A stretch of DNA of 44,755 bases, from NCBI GenBank assembly GCA_032161105.1, contig JAVHTD010000020.1; one strand, given 5' to 3'. Source of the stretch: Candidatus Thermosaccharophagus tengchongensis (GTDB taxonomy: Bacteria > Armatimonadota > Fervidibacteria > Fervidibacterales > Thermosaccharophagaceae). The notes below the pieces were generated by a model. It saw nothing but the letters and a program-made list of their open reading frames with translations, was not told the DNA's origin and made no database searches. Shown one piece after another: positions 44,690 to 44,755 of this stretch; the stretch's first letter is position 1; the number at the start of each line of letters is the position of its first letter. A program made the position numbers and the translations under genes.

Positions 44690-44755
44690 CGCACCGTCAC
44701 CACCCTTGGTTAAGGTTCACGCATGGTTTAAAACGGATAAAAGAGCTCCCTGTAT

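Noticed and set aside
1..44755. CRISPR array, tRNA/rRNA, IS element, prophage or defence system
   Set aside because: No repeat-spacer periodicity, cloverleaf, transposase, integrase, nuclease or phage gene was recognised. The only tandem repeats found are intragenic.

Overview
Gene-dense bacterial chromosomal window with about 40 CDS. I found no rRNA, tRNA, CRISPR array, transposase or integrase. It mixes housekeeping genes (msbA-like ABC transporter, waaA, era, PPi-dependent phosphofructokinase, trmB, dapF-like, lepB, rnc, miaB, dprA, greA, lysS, hemL, hemB) with carbohydrate genes (GH106-like hydrolase, sodium:solute symporter, MFS transporter, Gfo/Idh/MocA oxidoreductase, TIM-barrel epimerases, two GT2 enzymes, and an EryC-like epimerase/two Zn-dehydrogenases/rpe cluster). 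A DUF1559-type prepilin-like protein, a DUF6785/6784-like membrane protein and a C-terminally extended TrmB suggest a possibly thermophilic, diderm Armatimonadota-like organism; this is inference only. Best leads: (1) an unannotated 672-aa protein with a possibly BshC-like layout overlapping a DapF homologue with altered substrate-site motifs; (2) an EryC-like polyol catabolism operon lacking the usual ery partners; (3) two secreted tandem-repeat proteins; (4) a 55-aa Arg/Lys-rich ORF missing from the ORF track; (5) a ~135-nt rod-like hairpin upstream of hemB that resembles a second intergenic hairpin; (6) a Cys-rich PAS sigma-54 activator with a GAFTDA loop just upstream of PPi-PFK; (7) strong apparent avoidance of TCGA, GTAC and CTAG. 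All family calls come from motif recognition by eye; no database search or folding program was run. Several start codons were moved from the ORF track to positions with a better ribosome-binding site.
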